64,000 nt of DNA from Acidimicrobiaceae bacterium (GCA_025463285.1 JAOBWI010000003.1:2720-66719), one strand, 5' to 3'; numbered from the stretch's first letter, positions 47,439 to 58,569 are shown. The notes: generated from the sequence alone by a model not told the origin. Numbers and translations: made by a program.

Positions 47439-50137
47439 CCGGCGAGGACGGTGAGATCACTGACCAGATTGCCAATCGAGAGGGCCGGCGTAGAGGTGTA
47501 GTTGAGGGTCACGGTTCGTGCCGTGGGCACCACGACCATGAGATTCGGGCTCACACGGTAGGGGCCGGTCGCTCCCGTGACGTGCCAACGCGGATAGTAC
47601 GACATCTTGACCAGCACCGGCACGCCGATACGGCTGACGTGAAAGGAGAGCGACTGCAGGCCAAGCGTGACGTGGGTGATCGTGACCGGCGGCAAGGTGG
47701 CCGGGGCCGTCATAGAGGTGACGTGGGCGGCGCGGGGCCACGACGCCGGTCCGCTCATGGCCAGGTAGACCCGCTGTAAGGAGGGCGTGAGCCACCAGGT
47801 TTGGTTGGCGTTGAGCCACTGGGCTTGGCTGGCGACGTTGGCCACGACGTTGGGGTCGTGGCGAAGCGCTTGGACCATGGGACTGTTCTTGATCAGATAG
47901 ATCCGCCACTGGGCACCCGGGGCGGGGAAGGTTCGCGTCGTCGCCACCAACTTCAGATCCCGATCATGGCCCGCCTGGGCGATGACTTGGGGAGAGAAGG
48001 CCATGAAGTACTTCACCCCCAACATCTGAAGGTGGCGCACCCCGAGGGCCACGTCGAGCGGACCGTAGTCGAGGCCGACTTGGGGGTTACTCGGCGCGAC
48101 GCTCAACTCGCTTTGATCGAGGTAGTGATAGGGCGTGGTCGGCGAGGACTCCATCAGCAGCCCCTCCATCGTGTCGACGCAGTTATTCGTCCAGTACGGC
48201 AACAACATCAGCGCTTCGGGCGTGCCCATGGGGTTCTCCTGGTTGAAGCTGTACTCCCACATCGCGCGTCCACAGCCGTACTTCGCGGCCACGCGCGTCA
48301 TAGTGGTGATGATGTCGTGATACTCGGCCCAACCCGGTTTGGTCTGGTAGCCCGAGTAGTTGTACTGCGCCCAGGCACTCACCTGATTGCCGCCGGTGGC
48401 CAGGTGCAGGTCGTTGGCCACCGGCGTTATCTGTCCCGGGACCGTCGAGAGCAGACCGAGTAGCCCCACGGCGCAGGTGGCGCGAAAGAGTCGACGCGAT
48501 AGTCGCTGCGGATCGTTCGGCGGCTCCGCTGGTTCTGGGATCGCCGTGCTCTCGGGGGCCACGAGTACCGGTTTATCCTGGTCAGGAGCAGTGTGATCGC
48601 GGCCCTCTTCGAAGAAGGCCGCCCAACTAAGGCGCGCGGGCACTCGCCGGGCCCAACGCCAGGCGAAGTACCCCACCAGCCACCCGACGCTCAAGTGAAT
48701 CGTCACGTACCAAAACGGCATCAGACGTTGGTCCCAGATGGCGCTTTGAGGATCCAGGGCGAAGGCCCAGAACGATCCCACCGTCAGCGAGGCCAGGACC
48801 ATGCCGAGGCGATCTCGAACGACGAAGGCCGCGAGCGTGGCTACCCCGGCTGCCACGATCACCCACCGATCGCCCGCCGCGCCCCCGGTTGCGTTGAACC
48901 ACCCGAGCAACGTGAAGATGCCTCGCCAGGAGTTGACGTTCTCATTTACGTAGCCGAGCGAGTCGGTCAACGACTGGGTGGTGGCGAAGGGCAAGAGCCA
49001 CCACGCCGAGAGTCCCACCGAGATCACACCGGCCCCCACCGCGAAGCGAATCGGACGGGCGTAGTCCCCGAGGGCGTGGTCGCGCGCACTCGACTCGCCG
49101 GGGCCTCGCCGCTGAAACAGCTCCAAGGCCGTGCAGGCGAACAGCAACACGAAACCGTATCGAGTAATGACCACCAAGCTGGCCGCGGTCGCCGCCACGT
49201 CCACCACCACGAGCCAACGGTCGCGTGGTGGTGGCACACCGTGTCGAAAGCGGGCGATCGTGAGAAGCGCCAAACCCAGGGTGATCAAGAGCGAGAGCAC
49301 GGGCTCGCGCACGGAGAAGGTGCCCGTGGCGTTGACGGCGAAGGAGGAGTCAAAGAAGAAGGGCAGGAAGCCCAGGAGGAGCAGTCCGAGTCCCACGCCC
49401 AGACGATTCGCTCGATTGTCCTCGCGGGTGCGCCGCGTGGGAAGTGCTTCGCCGACGCCGCGCCGCAAGAGCAACTCAAAGACGACGAGCACGGCGATCG
49501 CGCCCAGCGAAAAGAGCCACGGCAAAACGTGCGACGCGAGAGTGAGAGTGAGGCTTAGCGCCGCTAGCCAGTAGCCCTTGCCCGTGCGCAGACCTCGAGC
49601 GAACAGGCCAACGGTGAGAAGAGCCAAGGCCAGTGAGAGGGAGAAAGCGTACTCCCCGGCCATCGTCGAAAAGAGATTGCCGCCGTCGATGGTGAAGGAC
49701 GCGTCAAAGAGGAAAGGCAAAGTCGCCATGGCGAGAGCGACCGGCACCGGTCGCGGTGCTCGAAACAGGCGTCCCATGGCGTAGGCGCCAAGAGGAAGCA
49801 GCACCGATCCGAGCACGGTGCCGAGCTTCATGGCCACGGCAAAACCCACCACGTAGCTGAAGAAACTGATCAACACGTCGGGCAACACGAAGTAGTACGT
49901 GTAGAGCGGGAGACCGTCGAACCATCCGGGATACCACGGGGTGAAGTTGAAAATATTTCCCGTGGTGCGCAAGTACGCCGGGGCGGCCAGGTGCGATCCG
50001 GTGTCCCCTCCCGTGATGAGAGTCCGAGAAACGAGCAGATTCGGGTGCAGCGACATGACGGTGACGAAGATCACCGAGACGACGAGCGCCGCGTCCAGGA
50101 GGCGCTGGGGGGTCCAGAACTCTTTGAAGCGACCCAT
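47387..50137 (-). CDS. large polytopic membrane protein (about 20 TMS plus a roughly 350-aa extracytoplasmic C-terminal domain), candidate GT-C-like glycosyltransferase
   Basis: 916 aa. The N-terminal GGDTGSH...WYPGWFDGLPLYTYY resembles the conserved actinobacterial membrane-protein family found next to manB. The function call is inference. Confidence 0.65.
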   Translation of the reverse strand: MGRFKEFWTPQRLLDAALVVSVIFVTVMSLHPNLLVSRTLITGGDTGSHLAAPAYLRTTGNIFNFTPWYPGWFDGLPLYTYYFVLPDVLISFFSYVVGFAVAMKLGTVLGSVLLPLGAYAMGRLFRAPRPVPVALAMATLPFLFDASFTIDGGNLFSTMAGEYAFSLSLALALLTVGLFARGLRTGKGYWLAALSLTLTLASHVLPWLFSLGAIAVLVVFELLLRRGVGEALPTRRTREDNRANRLGVGLGLLLLGFLPFFFDSSFAVNATGTFSVREPVLSLLITLGLALLTIARFRHGVPPPRDRWLVVVDVAATAASLVVITRYGFVLLFACTALELFQRRGPGESSARDHALGDYARPIRFAVGAGVISVGLSAWWLLPFATTQSLTDSLGYVNENVNSWRGIFTLLGWFNATGGAAGDRWVIVAAGVATLAAFVVRDRLGMVLASLTVGSFWAFALDPQSAIWDQRLMPFWYVTIHLSVGWLVGYFAWRWARRVPARLSWAAFFEEGRDHTAPDQDKPVLVAPESTAIPEPAEPPNDPQRLSRRLFRATCAVGLLGLLSTVPGQITPVANDLHLATGGNQVSAWAQYNYSGYQTKPGWAEYHDIITTMTRVAAKYGCGRAMWEYSFNQENPMGTPEALMLLPYWTNNCVDTMEGLLMESSPTTPYHYLDQSELSVAPSNPQVGLDYGPLDVALGVRHLQMLGVKYFMAFSPQVIAQAGHDRDLKLVATTRTFPAPGAQWRIYLIKNSPMVQALRHDPNVVANVASQAQWLNANQTWWLTPSLQRVYLAMSGPASWPRAAHVTSMTAPATLPPVTITHVTLGLQSLSFHVSRIGVPVLVKMSYYPRWHVTGATGPYRVSPNLMVVVPTARTVTLNYTSTPALSIGNLVSDLTVLAGCVSVFLVLRRRRMARR

Positions 50138-50886
50138 CAGTGCCCCGCGCGCTGCGCGATGACGGCGACGAGGGCGGTGGCGTTAAAGGACGCGTGCGCG
50201 AGATAGCTGGGCACGAGACGTTGAGTGCGTTGCAGGAGAATGGCCAGCACCACGCCGAGCAGGACGAGTCCGGCGAACTGCACAAGCTCACCGTGCGCGG
50301 CCCCGAAAAGAACGGCGCTGATGACCACGCCCAACACCACGGCCGTCTTTTTGCTCACCCCGTTTGACCCTTCGGCGATGGCGCGAAAGATGACCCCCCG
50401 AAAGAGCCACTCCTCAAAGACGGGCGCGATCAGCGTGGTCATGATGGCGATGGCGACGAAACCCGGGCCGTGCGTTGCCTTGAACAGATGATTGACCGGG
50501 TGATTGAGGCTCTTGAAGTGAAACGGTCGATACAGCAGGTCGACGATGAACTGCATCGCCACCCCGACCACGACGTACAGAGCGTCACTGGCGTGCGGCA
50601 CCCACTGGTGGGGCAGCGGTCGCAGTCGACCCTCGAGGTGGGCGTAGACAATGGCCGCCGCGAAGCCCGTCCAGATGCCGAGAAACCCCAACGCGCTCGA
50701 CCACCACGGCGGATTCGGGGCGCGCCCGAGTGCACTCAGTCCCCCCGGGTAGTGCGTGAGGGCGACACCGACTGACTCCAAGAGGAGGCCCAGAAACTGT
50801 CCCGCTAAGAATCCAACAAACCCGGCCACCACGATCGCCAGCACACGTGGACGATTCTCCTGGAGCGACAGGGAGGAAGAACTCAA
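50137..50886 (-). CDS. CPBP family intramembrane glutamic endopeptidase (CAAX protease-like)
   Basis: EExxxR motif (FEEWLFRG) and the second motif FGAAHG. Confidence 0.8.
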   Translation of the reverse strand: MSSSSLSLQENRPRVLAIVVAGFVGFLAGQFLGLLLESVGVALTHYPGGLSALGRAPNPPWWSSALGFLGIWTGFAAAIVYAHLEGRLRPLPHQWVPHASDALYVVVGVAMQFIVDLLYRPFHFKSLNHPVNHLFKATHGPGFVAIAIMTTLIAPVFEEWLFRGVIFRAIAEGSNGVSKKTAVVLGVVISAVLFGAAHGELVQFAGLVLLGVVLAILLQRTQRLVPSYLAHASFNATALVAVIAQRAGH

Positions 50887-50960
50887 AGGCTAAACACTTT
50901 CAACTCGAGGTTTTGCACAGGCTAAACCGAAGTCTCGGTAGTCACCCCTAGATTGGATGG

Positions 50961-52988
50961 GTGGCTGAAGGACAAAACGATCAAAACGGTTTCAAAAAAT
51001 TTCTACCAGGTGGTGAGAAGCCCATGGCGCCACAAGCCCGTCGTCGGATGATCACGTTCGTGGTCATTGCGTTCATTATCGGATTATTGGTCATTAACTC
51101 CCTCTTTCAGCACCAAAACGTCAAGACCCTGTCGTACTCGAGCTTTCTCAACAAAGCGCGCAGCAACTCCGTGAATACCGCCGCTATCAACAACTCCAGC
51201 GGCGTCATCACCGGCACGCTGGATAACGGCACCAACTACACCGCCAACGGTCCCGTGCCCGCCCTGTCCTCGGAAGTCACCACTCTCAAATCCGACAACG
51301 TCACCGTGACGTTCGCCAATCCCTCCAGCCTCGCCGCAGAACTCTTCCCCTACCTCATTTGGATCTTGCTCATCGGCGGTTTCATGTACTACATCAGCCG
51401 CCAGGCCCGGGGACAGATGAACGGGATGATGTCGGTCGGTCGCTCCAAGGCCAAACAGTTCAACGAAGATCGACCGAAGACCACCTTCAGCGACGTCGCG
51501 GGATACCTCGGCGTGAAACAAGAGATCAGTGAGGTCGTGGAGTTCTTGAAGAACCCGGGCCGCTACAAAAATATCGGCGCCACCATCCCGAAGGGCCTCT
51601 TGCTGGTCGGGCCACCCGGCACCGGCAAGACTATGTTGGCGCGCGCGGTCGCCGGTGAGGCTGGCGTTCCATTCTTCTCAGTGTCCGGATCGGACTTCAT
51701 GGAGATGTTCGTGGGCGTCGGGGCGAGCCGTGTTCGTGACCTCTTCGCCACCGCGCGCAAACAGTCGCCCGCCATTGTCTTCGTCGACGAGATCGACTCC
51801 ATTGGCCGTAAGCGCGGCGCCGGGCTCGGTGGAGGCCACGACGAGCGCGAGCAGACGCTGAACCAAATGCTGAGCGAGATGGACGGATTCGAACCGACCG
51901 AAGGCGTGGTGGTCATCGCGGCCACCAACCGGCCCGACGTCTTGGACCCGGCCCTGTTGCGACCGGGACGGTTCGACCGTCAGATCGTGGTTCCCCTCCC
52001 CGACCTAGAAGAGCGCCTGCCGATTCTCGTGGTTCACTCAAAGGGTAAACCGCTCGACCCCTCGGTCGATATGTCGATCGTGGCTCGCGGCACACCCGGA
52101 ATGAGCGGCGCGGACTTGGCCAACCTGGTCAACGAGGCGGCGCTGCACGCGGTGCGTCGAAACTCCCCCACCATCGGCATGGAGGACTTTGAGTCCTCGC
52201 GTGACCGCGTCTTGATGGGTCAAGAGCGCGACACGATGGTCCTCCAAGACGACGAGCGCGAGCGCATTGCCTTCCACGAAAGTGGTCACGCCCTCTTGGC
52301 GTACGTTCTCGACAAGACCGACCCGCTCCACAAGATCACCATCATCCCGCGCGGCATGGCGCTGGGGGTGACGATGACGTTGCCCGAAGAGGACCGACAC
52401 ATTATGTCGCGCCAGCACCTAGAAGACTCGTTGTGCATGCGCATGGGCGGTCGCGTGGCTGAACTGCTCGTGTACGGTGACCTGTCCACGGGCGCCGCCG
52501 ACGACCTGCAGCGCAACACGGAGTTAGCTCGACGGATGGTGCGCGAGTGGGGCATGTCCAAGGAGATCGGTCCCATGGCCTGGGGATCGAACAACCAGGT
52601 GTTCCTAGGCGAAGACCTCATGCACACTCGCGACTACTCCGATCACACCTCCAAGGTGATCGACGACGAGATTGAGCGAATCCTGCGAGAGCAAGAGTCT
52701 CGGGCGATTGAGGTCTTGACCTTGCACCGCCGCGGGCTCGAGGCCTTGACTCGGGCGCTCCTGGAGCGTGAGACCATAGACGGCGCCGACGCGGCTCGTC
52801 TGATTGACGAAGCGAACGGCGAGCCGGTGCACCCCGCCGGAACCAAGACGGTGAGCGCCCTGAGCGGTATTGGGAAATCGACGCCGGCCAAGGAAGCGAC
52901 TCCCGTGGGTGCGGCGGCGACGTCGCCCGCCACCCCGCCGGCCCCGGCGACTCCCAACTGGCAGCCGCCGACGCTACCTGCCGTCTAG
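50961..52988 (+). CDS. ftsH: ATP-dependent zinc metalloprotease FtsH
   Basis: Walker A GPPGTGKT, Walker B VFVDEID, and zinc motif HESGHAL. Two N-terminal TM helices. Confidence 0.97.
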   Translation: MAEGQNDQNGFKKFLPGGEKPMAPQARRRMITFVVIAFIIGLLVINSLFQHQNVKTLSYSSFLNKARSNSVNTAAINNSSGVITGTLDNGTNYTANGPVPALSSEVTTLKSDNVTVTFANPSSLAAELFPYLIWILLIGGFMYYISRQARGQMNGMMSVGRSKAKQFNEDRPKTTFSDVAGYLGVKQEISEVVEFLKNPGRYKNIGATIPKGLLLVGPPGTGKTMLARAVAGEAGVPFFSVSGSDFMEMFVGVGASRVRDLFATARKQSPAIVFVDEIDSIGRKRGAGLGGGHDEREQTLNQMLSEMDGFEPTEGVVVIAATNRPDVLDPALLRPGRFDRQIVVPLPDLEERLPILVVHSKGKPLDPSVDMSIVARGTPGMSGADLANLVNEAALHAVRRNSPTIGMEDFESSRDRVLMGQERDTMVLQDDERERIAFHESGHALLAYVLDKTDPLHKITIIPRGMALGVTMTLPEEDRHIMSRQHLEDSLCMRMGGRVAELLVYGDLSTGAADDLQRNTELARRMVREWGMSKEIGPMAWGSNNQVFLGEDLMHTRDYSDHTSKVIDDEIERILREQESRAIEVLTLHRRGLEALTRALLERETIDGADAARLIDEANGEPVHPAGTKTVSALSGIGKSTPAKEATPVGAAATSPATPPAPATPNWQPPTLPAV

Positions 52989-54350
52989 GGGCGATGTCAC
53001 GTTCACGCCGCGAGGCGTGCTCGGCAAGGTCAGGGACACCACCAGAGTTGGTTTGTTCGCCGTCACCAAGTAGGTGTTGCTCGAGCTCGACGAAGAAAAC
53101 AACAGTGACGTGAGGCTCTTCGTTGATCCCGGCGCCAACTTGATTCCGCCGGCGCCGGTGACGAGCGCCGGCGAGGCCGCCCGGTACGAGACGATGTCGA
53201 TGGTGATGGTGCGCGACGAGACGTTGGTCACGCTGACGGCGTCGAAGCCGAGACCGGTGAAGTCGTGCAGTAAATCGGCGTTGCCCGGCGACGGGGGTGA
53301 CGAGAGGGCCACCCAGGACGACGCTCCCGTCACCAGAGCACTCACGACCGGCTGAGAGGATCTGAGCGTCACGTTCGCGTAGCCGTCCACGGGAACGGCG
53401 GAGTTCGGGGTGACGGTGAGGACACCGGTGCTGTAGGGCGCAATCGTCACAGTCTGAGGCGCGATCTTAAACGAACCGAGTTTGATAATGGCGCTCACGT
53501 TGGCGGTCTCGGCGCTCGGATTCATGATGCTGAGCTGCGCCGTGGCCTTGTTGACCGTGGTCACGTTGGGGTACCAGTCGTGGCGAGCGGCGCCGGTGAG
53601 ACCCTCTTCGTAGGAGAGCGTGCCGTTGGAATCCTGTACGCCGACCACGTCGAGCGAGCCGCGCAGCACCGTGAGACGCACGCCGACGTTGGGCGTGTTC
53701 ACCACTTCGGTGCCCAGGTCGATTTCGCGCTGAGCGTGCGCCGGCACGGAGAGTCCCTGAAAGGACTGGGGCTCGGTGATGCCCGAAGCGGCGTAGATCG
53801 ACGCGTTGACAACGGCCGACGTGGCGCTCGGGTTAAAGACGCTGAGGTAGGCGCTCGAGCCGACCAACGTGTTAAAGCCCGTGGCGAACCATCTCGTCAG
53901 GCCCTGAGAGATACACGGCACTTGCGCCCGGTCGTTGTAGGCGATCTCGTCGGCCACCACCCCACCGCCACTGATCTGGACCGCCACGCCGTAGCTCGAG
54001 GTCAGGCTCGTGGTCGTACTTTTGTCGAGCACGCTCGGCTCAATGGACTGCACGCCGTGGGCGGCCAGTTCAATCGATCCACTCCACTGCGCTCCCGTGT
54101 CGGAGTAGACGCTGATACCCAAGTGTCGGGGTCCACTCGACGTGTTGTAGAAAGTGATCCGCCCGGGTCGTGGTCCGCCGCTCGAGAGCCCGGTGCAGTA
54201 GAGCGCCGTCGACTCGGCGTCAATCGAGACGGCGAGGCCGTTCGGCAACGAAGAAGGGTTGCGCGGATGAGTGAAGGTGGTGGCCAGTCCGGCCGCCAAC
54301 ACGAGTCCCACCACGGCCAGCACCAGAGGTCGACGACGAGACCTAGACAT
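52974..54350 (-). CDS. secreted DUF5719-like protein
   Basis: I prefer the ATG at 54350 (MSRSRRRPLVLAVVGLVLAAG...). Ser/Thr/Val-rich beta repeats. Its position downstream of the giant GT2 gene matches the actinobacterial DUF5719 context, which I recall from memory. Confidence 0.6.
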   Translation of the reverse strand: MSRSRRRPLVLAVVGLVLAAGLATTFTHPRNPSSLPNGLAVSIDAESTALYCTGLSSGGPRPGRITFYNTSSGPRHLGISVYSDTGAQWSGSIELAAHGVQSIEPSVLDKSTTTSLTSSYGVAVQISGGGVVADEIAYNDRAQVPCISQGLTRWFATGFNTLVGSSAYLSVFNPSATSAVVNASIYAASGITEPQSFQGLSVPAHAQREIDLGTEVVNTPNVGVRLTVLRGSLDVVGVQDSNGTLSYEEGLTGAARHDWYPNVTTVNKATAQLSIMNPSAETANVSAIIKLGSFKIAPQTVTIAPYSTGVLTVTPNSAVPVDGYANVTLRSSQPVVSALVTGASSWVALSSPPSPGNADLLHDFTGLGFDAVSVTNVSSRTITIDIVSYRAASPALVTGAGGIKLAPGSTKSLTSLLFSSSSSSNTYLVTANKPTLVVSLTLPSTPRGVNVTSPLDGR

Positions 54351-57300
54351 CGTCGTCCGTCGACTCACGGGGCGCCACGGCTCGTCGACGCCGCCCAGTA
54401 AAGAGCCACTCCAGACGCTGCACCCAGCCAAAGCCCAGCCAGACGATCGTCCACATTCCCAACGTGAACAGCGCGATCAGGCCGTTCAAGGGGAACTGGT
54501 GCAAGGTGATGGTGCCCGTCGGGTGGGCCGGCGAGGTCGCGACGCTGTAGTAGGGCGTCCAGCTGCCGTAGGTGGTGCGCGGCGCGGGACGACCATTGAC
54601 GTCGAGGGCGAAGGCGCCGGCCGGGGCTAGACCCGCGACCACCGTGGAGCCGGCGGTGAGCGTACCGCGATTTGACGAGTCTGAGAAGATCGGCGTCAAG
54701 GTGGTCGAACCGGGATTGGTGGCCGCGACGATGCCGTGAAAGAGCGAGTTGGAGAAGACCTCCACCGACGGCGTATCGAGTTCAACGGCCAGATCACTCT
54801 GGTTCTCCAACGCACGAAGCAAAATCCCCGGCGCTCGATGCAGCGGCACGCTTTGTACGCCAGAGATCTCGGGAGCCGCAGAGTTCATGACGATGATTGC
54901 AGAAATGCCGGCGGGCGCCAAGAGTTGACCGAGTTGCACCGTGCGTCCGGCCAGCGCCGTCTTGACCGCCGTCATAATGACGTCGCTCGTCCCCGAGTCG
55001 GGGGGACTGAACAACGTGGCACCGCCGGGCAAACCGTCCGTGGAGGTGGCCGCTTCGAGTCCGGGCGCCACGGTCCATCCGGCCAGCGGCAGTACCGCGG
55101 GGTCGCCCAGCCACAGGACTCGATACCCGCCCGCGGTCGTCGGCGCCAGTTGGCTGAGCGACTCCGCGACGCTGGTGGTGGGCATGTCGAAACGACCGCT
55201 GGCGAAGCTTCCGAGGAAGGGAACGAGGGCCACGACCAGCGTGAGCACCGAGAGTCCGGCGGCCCCCTGACGCCAGCCGAAGCCGACGTCGCGCAGATCG
55301 TGTTCCAGCGCACCAATACCCAGTCCGATCAGTGACGCCAGCGTCACGGCGTACAGAGCGAGAAGCACGTCGAGGTCGGGCGAGAACGAGCCGAGCCAGT
55401 GACGCGACGCGAGCACCGCGAGCACCAGAGTCAACGCCGCGATCACCGCCAGTTTGGAGGCCACGGCCCGACGCTCTCCTTGACAGAGCGTGAAGGCAAA
55501 GAGCGCGGCCAGGGGCAAGAGCCAACCCCACCACGAGGCCCCGAACGTGCCGTCCACGCCCCGTAGCAAGAAAGAGAAAGTCGGCACGGACCAAGGCCCG
55601 CGTGGCAGCCCGAAGATCTCCGGCGCCCGGCGCCCGGCCAGCAGTACGTCGATCGTCATGGGGAGAAGAAAGATCGCCACGTTGATCACCAGCGAACCAA
55701 GGAACCGCCACGAATGTGTCCGCGCGCTCGGCTCATCGGGCTCGAAGAGTCGCGCGATCATCACGCCCAGCACCACGAGCGCGACCGCGATCAAGGTCGC
55801 GGGCGCCATCGCGGTAACGAGGGCCGTGATCATGATGAGCAACAGATGCTGTCCGGCCTGCGTGCTGCGCCAGCCCCGATGACCGAAGGGCACCGGCTCG
55901 ACGTACGGCGTCGGGCGAAAGCCGGGCACGTCCATCAGCTCGAAGATCCGCCGCACGATAAAGGGCAGGCCAGCCACCGCCACCAGCACCTCGACGCGCC
56001 CCTGGTTGATCATGTTCAGTCCGAGCGGCATCGCGGCGTACGCCAGAGAGCCAATGAGTCGGGCCCGATTCGACGCGCGGTCCTTCAACAGTCGAGCGAC
56101 CCCGATCGCGCCGATGGGAACAGCGAAGATGAGGGCCAGGCGCGGCAGGACGCCCATACGGCCGATCACGAAGGTGCCCGCGAAGGCCAGTACCCCGTAC
56201 CCGGGCATGCCCGGGGTCCCGGTTCCCACTCCGTTAGACGACCACGACGCGAAGAAATGGCGCCACGTCGACCACCAACTGTCGAGCGGCGCGAGACGTC
56301 CAATCAGCGGCAAGTGGGCCGCCACCAGGTTGCGCGATCCAATGAGCCACAACAACGCCACCAGGGCCACGAGGGCGGCCTGTGCGCGAAACGAGGTCAT
56401 CAGTCGCGACGGACGAGAACGAAGTTCGAGCAGTTCGCTCTCAGCGATCTCGTCAAACTCCTCTTGTTCTGAGAACGCCGAGGCGAATCCGACGCCGGCC
56501 TCGTCGATCTCATCGTCAGTGCGCTCGTCGGGCGGCAATATCCCGCGGGCTCGGTCGAACCCTTCGCGCAGCAAGGTGGTGAGGAAGTGTTTCAGTCGGC
56601 TGGCCCCGCCCACTTGGAGTTGGTGTAGTTCCCCGTCGGAGAGGACGCGAACCTCGTGCAGCTGTCGACGGCGCTGGCGAACTCGCCGACGGTGTTTGAG
56701 GAGCCACCGCCACGAACCCGCGATGGCCCCCGCGCGATCGGTGTCGCCCCCGATCAGCGAGACCGCGGTCTCCACCACGTCGAGAATCAACAGCATTGAG
56801 AGAGTCGTGGCGCTGTAGCGCCGCCCCCAGCCACTGGCCACCACCAAGAGTTGGTGGCGACGTTGGAGATCGCGCCGGGTGGCTCGACGCGTGCCGATGG
56901 CTCTCGCCGCCCTCTCCCCCGTCGCGATGGTTTCTCGATGAGCCACTTTGGCGAGTGGCGCCACCACGATGCGAGCGCCCGCTACTTGGGCGCGCCAGCA
57001 GAGATCGAGGTCTTCTCCGAGCAGGCTGATCAGAGGGTCGAAGCCGCGCAGGGCTTTAAAGAGGTCGGCGCGCACCAGCGTGACGCCTCCCGGCGCGACA
57101 AAAACGTCGCGCTCTAAGTCTTGTTGACCGTGATCAATCTCGCCCTTTTCGATGCGCTCGCGCACCACGCCGAACCGGTCCGAGGTCTGGCCCACGTGTA
57201 AGAGAACGAGGGGGTCCTCGTAGGCCACCACCTTGGGCGTCACGATGCCCGCGTTCGTGCGATAGGCCGCCTCCACCATGAGTTGCACGGCGTTGGCCTC

Positions 57301-57591
57301 GAGACGGACGTCGTCGTGACAGAAGAGAAAGAAAGCCGAACCTTCGACCATGAGCGACGCCTCGTTGCAGGCCGCACCGAAACCGCGGTTCTCGTCGAGC
57401 AGTCGCACGAACGCGTTGGGGGCCACGCCGGCGATGCGTTCGGCGACCAAGGGGGCGTCGTCGTTGGCGAGAACGAGGAGGCTGAGTTCCTCGTAGTCCT
57501 GGCCCGCAAGAGAAGCGGCTGCCGCTTCGAGACCGGGCCCTGGACCGGTGGTAACAATGACGGCAACAACGGCCGGAGCACGAGAGTCCAT
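54343..57591 (-). CDS. glycosyltransferase family 2 fused to a large polytopic membrane domain
   Basis: 1082 aa. N-terminal GT2 (VAVIVTTGP..., FCHDDV) followed by more than 12 TMS and a C-terminal extracytoplasmic domain. Confidence 0.85.
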   Translation of the reverse strand: MDSRAPAVVAVIVTTGPGPGLEAAAASLAGQDYEELSLLVLANDDAPLVAERIAGVAPNAFVRLLDENRGFGAACNEASLMVEGSAFFLFCHDDVRLEANAVQLMVEAAYRTNAGIVTPKVVAYEDPLVLLHVGQTSDRFGVVRERIEKGEIDHGQQDLERDVFVAPGGVTLVRADLFKALRGFDPLISLLGEDLDLCWRAQVAGARIVVAPLAKVAHRETIATGERAARAIGTRRATRRDLQRRHQLLVVASGWGRRYSATTLSMLLILDVVETAVSLIGGDTDRAGAIAGSWRWLLKHRRRVRQRRRQLHEVRVLSDGELHQLQVGGASRLKHFLTTLLREGFDRARGILPPDERTDDEIDEAGVGFASAFSEQEEFDEIAESELLELRSRPSRLMTSFRAQAALVALVALLWLIGSRNLVAAHLPLIGRLAPLDSWWSTWRHFFASWSSNGVGTGTPGMPGYGVLAFAGTFVIGRMGVLPRLALIFAVPIGAIGVARLLKDRASNRARLIGSLAYAAMPLGLNMINQGRVEVLVAVAGLPFIVRRIFELMDVPGFRPTPYVEPVPFGHRGWRSTQAGQHLLLIMITALVTAMAPATLIAVALVVLGVMIARLFEPDEPSARTHSWRFLGSLVINVAIFLLPMTIDVLLAGRRAPEIFGLPRGPWSVPTFSFLLRGVDGTFGASWWGWLLPLAALFAFTLCQGERRAVASKLAVIAALTLVLAVLASRHWLGSFSPDLDVLLALYAVTLASLIGLGIGALEHDLRDVGFGWRQGAAGLSVLTLVVALVPFLGSFASGRFDMPTTSVAESLSQLAPTTAGGYRVLWLGDPAVLPLAGWTVAPGLEAATSTDGLPGGATLFSPPDSGTSDVIMTAVKTALAGRTVQLGQLLAPAGISAIIVMNSAAPEISGVQSVPLHRAPGILLRALENQSDLAVELDTPSVEVFSNSLFHGIVAATNPGSTTLTPIFSDSSNRGTLTAGSTVVAGLAPAGAFALDVNGRPAPRTTYGSWTPYYSVATSPAHPTGTITLHQFPLNGLIALFTLGMWTIVWLGFGWVQRLEWLFTGRRRRAVAPRESTDDDV

Positions 57592-57666
57592 CAGTTCTTC
57601 AAGGCTAGTTCCAAGCGCCTCGCTCGTTTGGCGCTCGTCGACAATGGTGCGTGATACGGGAATTCT

Positions 57667-58569
57667 TTAGAGTTCGCGACGTGCTTTCTCGAGGTCGTCG
57701 ACAATATCGTCGAGAGATTGGTGCAACGGAATCCGCGGAGCCCACCCCGTGGCGTGATGCAGTTTGTCGTAACTGCCGCGCGACACCGGCAGGTCGACCG
57801 GGCGCAGCAGCGCTGGGTCGAGCACGAGTTCAACGGTGGGCGCGAGTCGCGCGACCAGTTCATGGGCGATGTCGAGGAGAGCGACGTCGTGACCGGACGC
57901 CACGTTGTAGACCTCGCCCGAGACGCCGAGCGTGGCCAGCAGGCGATACGCGCGCACCACGTCGCGCACGTCGCTGAAGTCACGGCGCGTCGAGAGATCC
58001 CCTACCAGAATGCTGGGGTCACCGCGATCGCGCGCGTCTAAGAGTCGACTCACCAGAGCCGGCACGACGAAGGTGGGTGACTGGCCGGGACCGAGGTGAT
58101 TGAAGGGCCGCGCCACGATGACGCGCTGGCCGCGAAAGCGCACCGCGTCACGCGCCACGCGCTCGGCCTCGACCTTGCTCGAGGAGTACGGGTTGGCCGG
58201 CGCCACGCGGAACGACTCGCGCAGTGGTTGATCCTCTTCTCGTGAGATGCCATACACCTCCGAGGAGCTCACCACGATGGCGGTGGCGCCGGGCACCGCC
58301 TCAAAGGAGGCGTCCAGTACGCGTTGAGTACCCACCACGTTGACCCGGGTGAACTCGCTCGGGTGCTCCCACGACTCACCGACGTGAGTGAGGGCGGCCA
58401 GGTGGTACGTGACGTCCGGACGAAACCACTCAAACACCTCTCGCATACTGCGCGCGTCCGTGACGTCGCGTTCACGATCGATGCCGTGTACCTCGTCGCC
58501 GTTAGCAAGAAGGTGGCGAAGGAGATGTCGTGCGACGAACCCCTCCGATCCGGTGACCAGGGCTCTCAT
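57667..58569 (-). CDS. NAD-dependent epimerase/dehydratase (extended SDR; GDP-sugar reductase/epimerase-like)
   Basis: VTGSEGFVARHL Rossmann motif and catalytic YSSSK. ATGA overlap with the upstream stop. Confidence 0.85.
   Translation of the reverse strand: MRALVTGSEGFVARHLLRHLLANGDEVHGIDRERDVTDARSMREVFEWFRPDVTYHLAALTHVGESWEHPSEFTRVNVVGTQRVLDASFEAVPGATAIVVSSSEVYGISREEDQPLRESFRVAPANPYSSSKVEAERVARDAVRFRGQRVIVARPFNHLGPGQSPTFVVPALVSRLLDARDRGDPSILVGDLSTRRDFSDVRDVVRAYRLLATLGVSGEVYNVASGHDVALLDIAHELVARLAPTVELVLDPALLRPVDLPVSRGSYDKLHHATGWAPRIPLHQSLDDIVDDLEKARREL

Noticed and set aside
48593-49558. 321-aa plus-strand ORF, and other frames, inside the 916-aa membrane-protein gene
   Set aside because: Shadow ORFs with Arg/Gly/Glu-rich junk composition and no start context.
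53580-57117. Multiple long alternative-frame ORFs (53580-54401, 54736-55335, 54794-55711, 55714-56472, 56006-56818, 56851-57117) over the DUF5719-like and GT2-membrane genes
   Set aside because: All are Arg/Pro/Gly/Ser-rich with no domains, whereas the annotated frames give coherent TM and GT2 domains.
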